From positions 51,894,001 through 51,958,000 of the forward strand of contig OZ024746.1 of assembly GCA_964016885.1 (NCBI GenBank): a DNA stretch of 64,000 nucleotides. The letters run 5' to 3'. Position 1 is the first letter of the stretch. Each line of letters begins with the position of its first letter. Source of the stretch: Eledone cirrhosa. Its lineage: Eukaryota. Below are positions 1-12,000 of this stretch, in pieces. A program made the position numbers and the translations under genes. The notes beneath the pieces are model-generated. The model did no database searches, was not told the origin of the DNA, and was given only the letters and a program-made list of their open reading frames with translations.

Positions 1-228
1 TGAATAGAGTAGTGTATGGTATAGAATAGTGTATATAGATGTGTGTTGTATGGTATGGAATTTTATGTATTGGGTATGTTATACTCAATATGGAGTAGTG
101 TATGGTATAGAATGCTGTATATATGTGTGTGTTGTATGGTATGGAATTCTATGTATTGGGTATGTTATATTAGTATGGAGTAGTGTATGGTATAGAATGG
201 TGTATATAGGTGTGTGTTGTATGGTATG

Positions 229-314
229 GAATTCTATGTATTGGGTATGTTATACTGAGTATGGAGTAGTGTATGGTATAGAATGGTGTATATAGGTGTG
301 TGTTGTATGGTATG
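229..314 (+). repeat. Representative consensus 86-bp monomer (EcoRI-phased)
   Basis: Reads GAATTCTATGTATTGGGTATGTTATACTGAGTATGGAGTAGTGTATGGTATAGAATGGTGTATATAGGTGTGTGTTGTATGGTATG, followed by the next GAATTC at 315. Counted composition is G28 C2 A21 T35 (~35% GC). Confidence 0.97.
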
Positions 315-3050
315 GAATTCTATGTATTGGGTATGTTATATTTTGTATGGTGTAGTGTATGGTATAGAATGGTGTATATAGCTATGTGTTGTATGGTATG
401 GAATTCTATGTATTGTTATGTTATACTGAGTATGGAGTAGTGTATGGTATAGAATGGTGTATATAGGTGTGTGTTGTATGGTATGGAAGTCTATGTATTG
501 GGTATGTTTTACTTAGTATGGAGTAGTGTATGGCGTAGAATGGTGTATATAGGTGTGTGTTGTACGGTATGGAATTCTATGTATTGGGTATGTTATAGTT
601 AGTATGGAGTAGTGTATGGCATATAATGGTGTATATAGGTGTCTGTTGTATGGTATGGAATTCTATGTATTGGGTATGTTATACTTTGTATGGAGTAGTG
701 TATGGTATAGAATGGTGTATATAGGTGTGTGTTGTATGGTATGGAATTCTATGTATTAGGTATGTTATACTGAGTATGGAGTAGTGTATGATATAGAATG
801 GTGTATATAGGTGTGTGTTGTAAGGTATGGAATTCTATGTATTTGGTATGTTATACTGAGTATGGAGTAGTGTATGGTATAGAATGCTATATATAGGTGT
901 GTGTTGTATGGTATGGAATTCTATGTATTGGGTATGTTATATTTTGTATGGTGTAGTGTATGGTATAGAACGGTGTATATAGGTGTGTGTTGTATGGTAT
1001 GGAATTTCGATGTATCGTTATGTTATACTGAGTATGGAGTAGTGTATGTTATAGAATGGTGTATATAGGTGTGTGATGTATGGTATGGAATTCTATGTAT
1101 TGGGTATGTTTTACTTAGTATGGAGTAGTGTATGGCATAGAATGGTGTATATAGGTGTGTGTTGTACGGTATGGAATTCTATGTATTGGCTATGTTATAC
1201 TTAGTATGGAGTAGTGTAGGGCATAGAATGGTGTATATAGGTGTGTGTTGTATGGTATGGAATTCTATGTATTGGGTATGTTATACTTTGTATGGAGTAG
1301 TGTATGGTATAGAATGGTGTATATGGGTGTGTGTTGTACGGTATGGAATTCTATGTATTGGCTATGTTATACTTAGTATGGAGTAGTGTATGGCATAGAA
1401 TGGTGTATATAGGTGTGTGTTGTATGGTATGGAGTGCTATGTATTGGGTATGTTATACTTTGTATGGAGTAGTGTATGGTATAGAATGGTGTATATAGGT
1501 GTGTGTTGTATGGTATGGAATTCTATGTATTGGGTATGTTATACTTAGTATGGTGTAGTGTATGGTATAGAATGGTGTATACAGGTGTGTGTTGTATGGT
1601 ATGGAATTCTATGTATTGGGTATGTTATACTGAATATGGAGTAGTGTATGGTATAGAATGGTGTATATAGGTGTGTGTTGCATGGTATCGAATTCTATGT
1701 ATTGGGTATGTTATACTTTGTATGGAGTAGTGTATGGTATAGAATGGTGTATATAGGTGTGTCTTGTATGGTAAGGAATTCTATGTATTGGGTATGTTAT
1801 ACTTTGAATAGAGTAGTGTATGGTATAGAATAGTGTATATAGATGTGTGTTGTATGGTATGGAATTTTATGTATTGGGTATGTTATACTTAATATGGAGT
1901 AGTGTATGGTATAGAATGCTGTATATATGTGTGTGTTGTATGGTATGGAATTCTATGTATTGGGTATGTTATATTAGTATGGAGTAGTGTATGGTATAGA
2001 ATGGTGTATATAGGTGTGTGTTGTATGGTATGGAATTCTATGTATTGGGTATGTTATATTTTGTATGGTGTAGTGTATGGTATAGAATGGTGTATATAGC
2101 TATGTGTTGTATGGTATGGAATTCTATGTATTGTTATGTTATACTGAGTATGGAGTAGTGTATGGTATAGACTGGTGTATATAGGTGTGTGTTGTATGGT
2201 ATGGAATTCTATGTATTGTGTATGTTTTACTTAGTATGGAGTAGTGTATGGCGTAGAATGGTGTATATAGGTGTGTGTTGTACGGTATGGAATTCTATGT
2301 ATTGGGTATGTTATAGTTAGTATGGAGTCGTGTATGGCATATAATGGTGTATATAGGTGTCTGTTGTATGGTATGGAATTCTATGTATTGGGTATGTTAT
2401 ACTTTGTATGGAGTAGTGTATGGTATAGTATGGTGTATATAGGTGTGTGTTGTATGGTATGGAATTCTATGTATTAGGTATGTTATACTGAGTATGGAGT
2501 AGTGTATGATATAGAATGGTGTATATAGGTGTGTGTTGTAAGGTATGGAATTCTATGTATTTGGTATGTTATACTGAGTATGGTGTAGTGTATGGTATAG
2601 AATGCTATATATAGGTGTGTGTTGTATGGTATGGAATTCTATGTATTGGGTATGTTATATTTTGTATGGTGTAGTGTATGGTATAGAACGGTGTATATAG
2701 GTGTGTGTTGTATGGTATGGAATTTCGATGTATCGTTATGTTATACTGAGTATGGAGTAGTGTATGTTATAGAATGGTGTATATAGGTGTGTGATGTATG
2801 GTATGGAATTCTATGTATTGGGTATGTTTTACTTAGTATGGAGTAGTGTATGGCATAGAATGGTGTATATAGGTGTGTGTTGTACGGTATGGAATTCTAT
2901 GTATTGGCTATGTTATACTTAGTATGGAGTAGTGTAGGGCATAGAATGGTGTATATAGGTGTGTGTTTTATGGTATGGAATTCTATGTATTGGGTATGTT
3001 ATACTTTGTATGGAGTAGTGTATGGTATAGAATGGTGTATATGGGTGTGT
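300..3050 (+). repeat. Local block duplication, offset 1718 bp (20 monomers): ~300-1330 repeated at ~2020-3050
   Basis: The rare markers GAATTTCGATGTATCG (~1003 and ~2721), GTGTAGGGCATAG and GTGATGTA recur 1718 bp apart. ORF-track entries 1159 and 2877 also differ by 1718. Confidence 0.88.
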
Positions 3051-6000
3051 GTTGTATGGTATGGAATTCTATGTATTAGGTATGTTATACTGAGTATGGA
3101 GTAGTGTATGGTATAGAATGGTGTATATAGGTGTGTGTTGTATGGTATGGAATTCTATGAATTGGGTATGTTATATTTAGTATGGAGTAGTGTATGGTAT
3201 AGAATGGTGTATATAGGTGTGTGTTGTATGTTATGGAATTCTATGTATTAGTATGTTATACTGAGTATGGAGTAGTGTATGGTATAGAATGGTGTATATA
3301 GGTGTGTGTTGTATGGTATGGAATTCTATGAATTGGGTATGTTATATTTAGTATAGAGTAGTGTATGGTATAGAATGGTGTATATAGCTGTGTGTTGTAT
3401 GGTATGGAATTCTATGTATTGAGTATGTTATACTGAGTATGGAGTAGTGTATGGTATAGAATGGTGTATATAGGTGTGTGTTGTATGGTATGGAATTCTA
3501 TGTATTGTTATGTTATACTGAGTATGGAGTAGTGTATGGTATAGAATGGTGTATATAGGTGTGTGTTGTATGGTATGAAATTCTATGTATTGGGTATGTT
3601 TTACTTAGTATGGAGTAGTGTATGGCATAGAATGGTGTATATAGGTGTGTGTTGTACGGTATGGAATTCTATGTATTGGCTATGTTATACTTAGTATGGA
3701 GTAGTGTATGGCATAGAATGGTGTATATAGGTGTGTGTTGTATGGTATGGAGTGCTATGTATTGGGTATGTTATACTTTGTATGGAGTAGTGTATGGTAT
3801 AGAATGGTGTATATAGGTGTGTGTGGTATGGTATGGAATTCTATGTATTGGGTATGTTATACTTAGTATGGTGTAGTGTATGGTATAGAATGGTGTATAC
3901 AGGTGTGTGTTGTATGGTATGGAATTCTATGTATTGGTTATGTTATACTTAGTATGGAGCAGTGTATGGCATAGAATGGTGTATATAGGTGTGTGTTGTA
4001 TGGTATGGAATTCTATGTATTGGGTATGTTTTACTTAGTATGGAGTAGTGTATGGCATAGAATGGTGTATATAGGTGTGTGTTGTATGGTATGGAATTCT
4101 ATGTATTGGGTATATTATACTTTGTATGGAGTAGTGTATGGTATAGAATGGTGTATATAGGTGTGTGTTGTATGGTATAGAATTCTATGTATTAGGTATG
4201 TTATACTGAGTATGGAGTAGTGTATGGTATAGAATGGTGTATATAGGTGTGTGTTGTATGGTTTGGAATTCTATGTATTGGGTATGTTATACTGAGTATG
4301 GAGTAGTGTATGGTATAGAATGGTGTATATAGGTGTGTGTTGCATGGTATCGAATTCTATGTATTGGGTATGTTATACTTTGTATGGAGTAGTGTATGGT
4401 ATAGAATGGTGTATATAGGTGTGTCTTGTATGGTAAGGAATTCTATGTATTGGGTATGTTATACTTTGAATAGAGTAGTGTATGGTATAGAATGGTGTAT
4501 ATAGATGTGTGTTGTATGCTATGGAATTCTATGTATTGGGTATGTTATACTTAGTATGGAGTAGTGTATGGCTTAGACTGGTGTATATAGGTGTGTGTTG
4601 TATGGTATGGTATTCTATGTATTGGGTATGTTATACTGTGTATGGAGTAGTGTATGGTATAGAATGGTGTATATAGGTGTGTGTTGCATGGTATCGAATT
4701 CTATGTATTGGGTATGTTATACTAGTGTATGTGTATGGAGTAGTGTATGGTATAGAATGGTGTATATTGGTGTGTGTTGTATGGTATGGAATTCTATGTA
4801 TTGGTTATATTATACTTAGTATGGAGTAGTGTATGGCATAGAATGGTGTATATAGGTGTGTGTTGTATGGTATGGAATTCTATGTATTGGGTATGTTATA
4901 CTGTGTATGGAGTAGTGTATGGTATAGAATGGTGTATATAGGTGTGTCTTGTATGGTTAGGAATTCTATGTATTGGGTATGAGATACTTTGAATAGAGTA
5001 GTGTATGGTATAGTATGGTGTATATAGATGTGTGTTGTATGGTATGGAATTTTATGTATTGGGTATGTTATACTTAATATGGAGTAGTGTATGGTATAGA
5101 ATGCTCTATATATATTGTGTTGTATGGTATGGAATTATATGTATTGGGTATGTTATACTTAGTATGGAGTAGTGTATGGTATAGAATGGTGTATATAGGT
5201 GTGTGTTGTATGGTATGGAATTCTATGTATTGGGTACGTTATACTGAGTATGGAGTAGTGAATGGTATAGAATGGTGTATATAGGTGTGTGTTGTATGGT
5301 ATGGAATTCTATGTATTGGGTATGTTATATTTTGTATGGTGTAGTGTATGGTATAGAATGGTGTATATAGGTGTGTATTGTATGGTATGGAATTCTATGT
5401 ATTGTTATGTTATACTGAGTATGGAGTAGTGTATGGTATAGAATGGTGTATATAGGTGTGTGTTGTATGGTATGGAATTCTATGTATTGGGTATGTTATA
5501 CTGAGTATGGAGTAGTGTATGGTATAGAATGGTGTATATAGGTGTGTGTTGTATGGTATGGAATTCTAAGTATTAGGTATGTTATACTGTGTATGGAGTA
5601 GTGTATGGTATAGAATGGTGTATATAGATGTGTGTTGCATGGTATCGAATTCTATGTATTGGGTATGTTATGCTTTTTATGGAGTAGTGTATGGTATAGA
5701 ATGGTATATATAGGTGTGTCTTGTATGGTAAGGAATTCTATGTATTGGGTATGTTATACTTTGAATAGAGTAGTGTATGGTATAGAATGGTGTATATAGA
5801 TGTGTGTTGTATGGTATGGAATTTTATGTATTGGGTATGTTATACTTAATATGGAGTAGTGTATGGTATAGAATGCTGTATATATGTGTGTGTTGTATGG
5901 TATGGAATTCTATGTATTGGGTATGTTATACTTAGCATGGAGTAGTGTATGGTATAGAATGGTGTATATAGGTGTGTGTTGTATGGTATGGAATTCTATG

Positions 6001-9000
6001 TATTGGGTATGTTATACTGAGTATGGAGTAGTGTACGGTATAGAATGGTGTATATAGGTGTGTGTTGTATGGTATGGAATTCTATGTATTGGCTATGTTA
6101 TATTTTGTATGGTGTAGTGTATGGTATAGAATGGTGTATATAGGTATGTGTTGTATGGTATGGAATTCTATGTATTGTTATGTTATACTGAGTATGGAGT
6201 AGTGTATGGTATAGAATGGTGTATATAGGTATGTGTTGTATGGTATGGAATTCTATGTATTGGGTATGTTTTACTTAGTATGGAGTAGTGTATGGCGTAG
6301 AATGGTGTATATAGGTGTGTGTTGTACGGTATGAAATTCTATGTATTGGTTATGTTATAGTTAGTATGGAGTAGTGTATGGCATAGAATGGTGTATATAG
6401 TTGTCTGTTGTATGGTATGGAATTCTATGTATTGGGTATGTTATACTTTGTATGGAGTAGTGTATGGTATAGAATGGTGTATATAGGTGTGTGTTGTATG
6501 GTATGGAATTCTATGTATTTGGTATGTTATACTGAGTATGGAGTAGTGTATGGTATAGAATGCTGTATATAGGTGTGTGTTGTATGGTATGGAATTCTAT
6601 GTATTGGGCATGTCATATTTTGTATGGTGTAGTGTATGGTATAGAACGGTGTATATAGGTGTGTGTTGTATGGTATGGAATTCTATGTATCGTTATGTTA
6701 TACTGAGTATGGAGTAGTGTATGGTATAGAATGGTGTATATAGGTGTGTGTTGTATGGTATGGAATTCTATGTATTGGGTATGTTTTACTTAGTAAGGAG
6801 TAGTGTATGGCATAGAATGGTGTATATAGGTGTGTGTTGTACGGTATGGAATTCTATGTATTGGGTATGTTATACTTAGTATGGAGTAGTGTATGGCATA
6901 GAATGGTGTATATAGGTGTGTGTTGTATGGTATGGAATTCTATGTATTGGGTATGTTATACTTTGTATGGAGTAGTGTATGGTATAGAATGGTGTATATG
7001 GGTGTGTGTTGTATGGTATGGAATTCTATGTATTAGGTATGTTATACTGAGTATGGAGTAGTGTATGGTATAAAATGGTGTATATAGGTGTGTGTTGTAT
7101 GGTATGGAATTCTATGAATTGGGTATGTTATATTTAGTATGGAGTAGTGTATGGTATAGAATGGTGTATATAGGCGTGTGTTGTATGTTATGGAATTCTA
7201 TGTATTAGTATGTTATACTGAGTATGGAGTAGTGTATGGTATAGAATGGTGTATATAGGTGTGTGTTGTATGGTATGGAATTCTATGAATTGGGTATGTT
7301 ATATTTAGTATAGAGTAGTGTATGGTATAGACTGGTGTATATAGGTGTGTGTTGTATGGTATGGAATTCTAAGTATTGGGTATGTTATACTGTGTATGGA
7401 GATGTGTATGGTATAGAATGGTGTATATAGATGTGTGTTGCATGGTATGGAATTCTATGTATTGGGTATGTTATATTTTGTATGGTGTAGTGTATGGTAT
7501 AGAATGGTGTATGTAGGTGTGTGTTGTATGGTATGGAATTCTATGTATTGTTATGTTATACTGAGTATGGAGTAGTGTATGGTATAGAATGGTGTATATA
7601 GGTGTGTGTTGTATGGTATGGAATTCTATGTATTGGGTATATTTTACTTAGTATGGAGTAGTGTATGGCATAGAATGGTGTATATAGGTGTGTGTTGTAT
7701 GGTATGGAATTCTTGTATTGGGTATATTATACTTTGTATGGAGTAGTGTACGGTATAGAATGGTGTATATAGGTGTGTGTTGTATGGTATGGAATTCTAT
7801 GTATTGGGTATATTTTACTGAGTATGGAGTAGTGTATGGTATAGAATGGTGTATATAGGTGTGTGTTGTATGGTATGGAATTCTATGTATTGGGTATGTT
7901 ATACTGAGTATGGAGTAGTGTATGGTATAGAATGGTGTATATAGGTGTGTGTTGTATGGTATGGAATTCTAAGTATTGAGTATGTTATATGTGTATGGAG
8001 TAGTGTATGGTATAGAATGGTGTATATAGATGTGTGTTGCATGGTATCGAATTCTATGTATTGGGTATGTTATACTTTGTATGGAGTAGTGTATGGTATA
8101 GAATGGTGTATATAGGTGTGCTTGTATGGTTAAGAATTCTATGTATTGGGTATGTTATACTTTGAATAGAGTAGTGTATGGTATAGAATGGTGTATATAG
8201 ATGTGTGTTGTATGTTATGGAATTTTATGTATTGGGTATGTTATACTTAATATGGAGTAGTGTATGGTATAGAATGCTCTATATATGTGTGTGTTGCATG
8301 GTATGGAATTATATGTATTGGGTATGTTATACTTAGTACGGAGTAGTGTATGGTATAGAATGGTGTATATAGCTGTGTGTTGTATGGTATGGAATTCTAT
8401 GTATTGGGTATGTTATACTGAGTATGGAGTAGTGTATGGTATAGAATGGTGTATATAGGTGTGTGTTGTATGGTATGGAATTCTATGTATTGTTATGTTA
8501 TACTGAGTATGGAGTAGTGTAAGGTATAGAATGGTGTATATAGGTGTGTGTTGTATGGTATGGAATTCTATGTATTGGGTATGTTTTACTTAATATGGAG
8601 TAGTGTATGGCATAGAATGGTGTATATAGGTGTGTGTTGTATGGTATGGAATTCTATATATTGGGTATATTATACTTTGTATGGAGTAGTGTATGGTATA
8701 GAATGGTGTATATAGGTGTGTGTTGTATGGTATGGAATTCTATGTATTAGGTATGTTATACTGAGTATGGAGTAGTGTATGGTATAGAATGGTGTATATA
8801 GGTGTGTGTTGTATGGTATGAAATTCTATGTATTAGGTATGTTATACTGAGTATGGAGTAGTGTATGGTATAGAATGGTGTATATAGGTGTGTGTTGTAT
8901 GGTATGGAATTCTATGTATAGGGTATGTTATACTTTGTATGGAGTAGTGTATGGTATAGAATGGTGTATATAGGTGTGTGTCGTATGGTAAGGAATTCTA

Positions 9001-12000
9001 TGTATTGGGTATAAGATACTTTGAATAGAGTAGTGTATGGTATAGAATGGTGTATATAGATGTGTGTTGTATGGTATGGAATTTTATGTATTGGGTATGT
9101 TATACTTAATATGGAGTAGTGTATGGTATAGAATGCTCTATATATGTTTGTGTTGTATGGTATGGAATTATATGTATTGGGTATGTTATACTTAGTATGG
9201 AGTAGTGTATGGTATAGTATGGTGTATATAGGTGTCTGTTGTATGGTATGGAATTCTATGTATTGGGTATGTTATACTGAGTATGGAGTAGTGAATGGTA
9301 TAGAATGGTGTATATAGGTGTGTGTTGTATGGTATGGAAATCTATGTATTGGGTATGTTATATTTTGTATGGTGTAGTGTATGGTATAGAATGGTGTATA
9401 TAGGTGTGTGTTCTATGGTATGGAATTCTATGTATTGTTATGTTATACTGAGTATGGAGTAGTGTATGGTATAGAATGGTGTATATAGGTGTGTGTTGTA
9501 TGGTATGGAATTCTATGTATTAGGTATGTTATACTGAGTATTGAGTAGTGTATGGTATAGAATGGTGTATATAGGTGTGTGTTGTATGGTATGGAATTCT
9601 ATGTATTAGGTATGTTATACTGAGTATGGAGTAGTGTATGGTATAGAATGGTGTATATAGGTGTGTGTTGTATGGTATGGAATTCTATGTATAGGGTATG
9701 TTATACTTTGTATGGAGTAGTGTATGGTATAGAATGGTGTATATAGGTGTGTGTTGTATGGTAAGGAATTCTATGTATTGTGTATAAGATACTTTGAATA
9801 GAGTAGTGTATGGTATAGAATGGTGTATATAGGTGTGTGTTGTATGGTATGGAATTCTATGTATTGGGTATGTTATACTGAGTATGGAGTAGTGTATGGT
9901 ATAGAATGGTGTATATAGGTGTGTGTTGTATGGTATGGAATTCTATGTATTGGGTATGTTATACTGAGTATGGAGTAGTGAATGGTACAGAATGGTGTAT
10001 ATAGGTGTGTGTTGTATGGTATGGAAATCTATGTATTGGGTATGTTATATTTTGTATGGTGTAGTGTATGGTATAGAATGGTGTATATAGGTGTGTGTTG
10101 TATGGTATGGAATTCTATGTATTGTTATGTTATACTGAGTATCGAGTAGTGTATGGTATAGAATAGTGTATATAGGTGTGTGTTGTATGGTATGGAATTC
10201 TATGTATTGGGTATGTTTTACTTAGTATGGAGTAGTGTATGGCATATAATGGTGTATATAGGTGTGTGTTGTATGGTATGGAATTCTATGTATTGGGTAT
10301 GTTATACTGAGTATGGAGTAGTGTATAGTATAGAATAGTGTATATAGGTGTGTGTTGTATGTTATGGAATTCTAAGTATTGGGTATGTTATACTGTGTAT
10401 AGAGTAGTGTATGGTATAGAATGGTGTATATAGATGTGTGTTGCATGGTATCGAATTCTATGTATTGGGTATGTTATACTTTTTATGGAGTAGAGTATGG
10501 TATAGAATGGTGTATATAGGTGTGTCTTGTATGGTAAGGAATTCTATGTATTGGGTATGTCATACTTTGAATAGAGTAGTGTATGGTATAGAATGGTGTA
10601 TATAGATGTGTGTTGTATGGTATGGAATTTTATGTATTGTGTATGTTATACTTAATATGGAGTAGTGTATGGTATAGCATGCTGTATATATGTGTGTGTT
10701 GTATGGTATGGAATTCTATGTATTGGGTATGTTATACTTAGTATGGAGTAGTGTATGGTATAGAATGGTGTATATAGGTGTGTGTTGTATGGTATGGAAT
10801 TCTATGTATTGGGTATGTTATACTGAGTATGGAGTAGTGTATGGTATAGTATGGTGTATATAGGTGTGTGTTGTATGGTATGGAATTCTATGTATTGGTA
10901 TGTTATATTTTGCATGGTGTAGTGTATGGTATAGAATGGTGTATATAGGTATGTGTTGTATGGTATGGAATTCTATGTATTGTTATGTTATACTGAGTAT
11001 GGAGTAGTGTATGGTATAGAATGGTGTATATAGGTGTGTGTTGTATGGTATGGAATTCTATGTATTGGGTATGTTTTACTTAGTATGGAGTAGTGTATGG
11101 CGTAGAATGGTGTATATAGGTGTGTGTTGTACGGTATCGAATTCTATGTATTGGGTATGTTATAGTTAGTATGGAGTAGTGTATGGCATAGAATGGTGAA
11201 TATAGGTGTCTGTTGTATGGTATGGAATTCTATGTATTGGGTATGTTATACTTTCTATGGAGTAGTGTATGGTATAGAATGGTGTATATAGGTGTGTGTT
11301 GTATGGTATGGAATTCTATGTATTAGGTATGTTATACTGAGTATGGAGTAGTGTATGGTATAGAATGGTGTATATAGGTGTGTGTTGTATGGTATGGAAT
11401 TCTATGAATTGGGTATGTTATATTTAGTATGGAGTAGTGTATGGTATAGAATGGTGTATATAGGTGTGTGTTGTATGTTATGGAATTCTATGTATTAGTA
11501 TGTTATAATGAGTATGGAGTAGTGTATGGTATAGAATGGTGTATATAGGTGTGTGTTGTATGGTATGGAATTCTATGAATTGGGTATGTTATATTTAGTA
11601 TAGAGTAGTGTATGGTATAGACTGGTGTATATAGGTGTGTGTTGTATGGTATGGAATTCTATGTATTGGTTATGTTATATTTAGTATGGAGTAGTGTATG
11701 GCATAGAATGGTGTATATAGGTGTGTGTTGTATGGTATGGAATGCTATGTATTGGGTATGTTATACTTTGTATTGAGTAGTGTATGGTATAGAATGGTGT
11801 ATATAGGTGTGTGTTGTATGGTATGGAATTCTATGTATTGGATATGTTTTACTTAGTATGGAGTAGTGTATGGCATAGAATGGTGTATATAGGTGTGTGT
11901 TGTACGGTATGGAATTCTATGTATTGGGTATGTTTTCCTTAGTATGGAGTAGTGTATGGCATAGAATGGTGTATATAGGTGTGTGTTGTATGGTATGGAA

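Noticed and set aside
229-314. Regulatory motifs in the monomer: TATATA (TATA-like), GGTATGT (5' splice-site-like), nGAAn (heat-shock element)
   Set aside because: These short motifs are expected from the low-complexity composition. GAATTC lacks the nGAAnnTTCn spacing of a heat-shock element, and there is no associated gene or exon structure.
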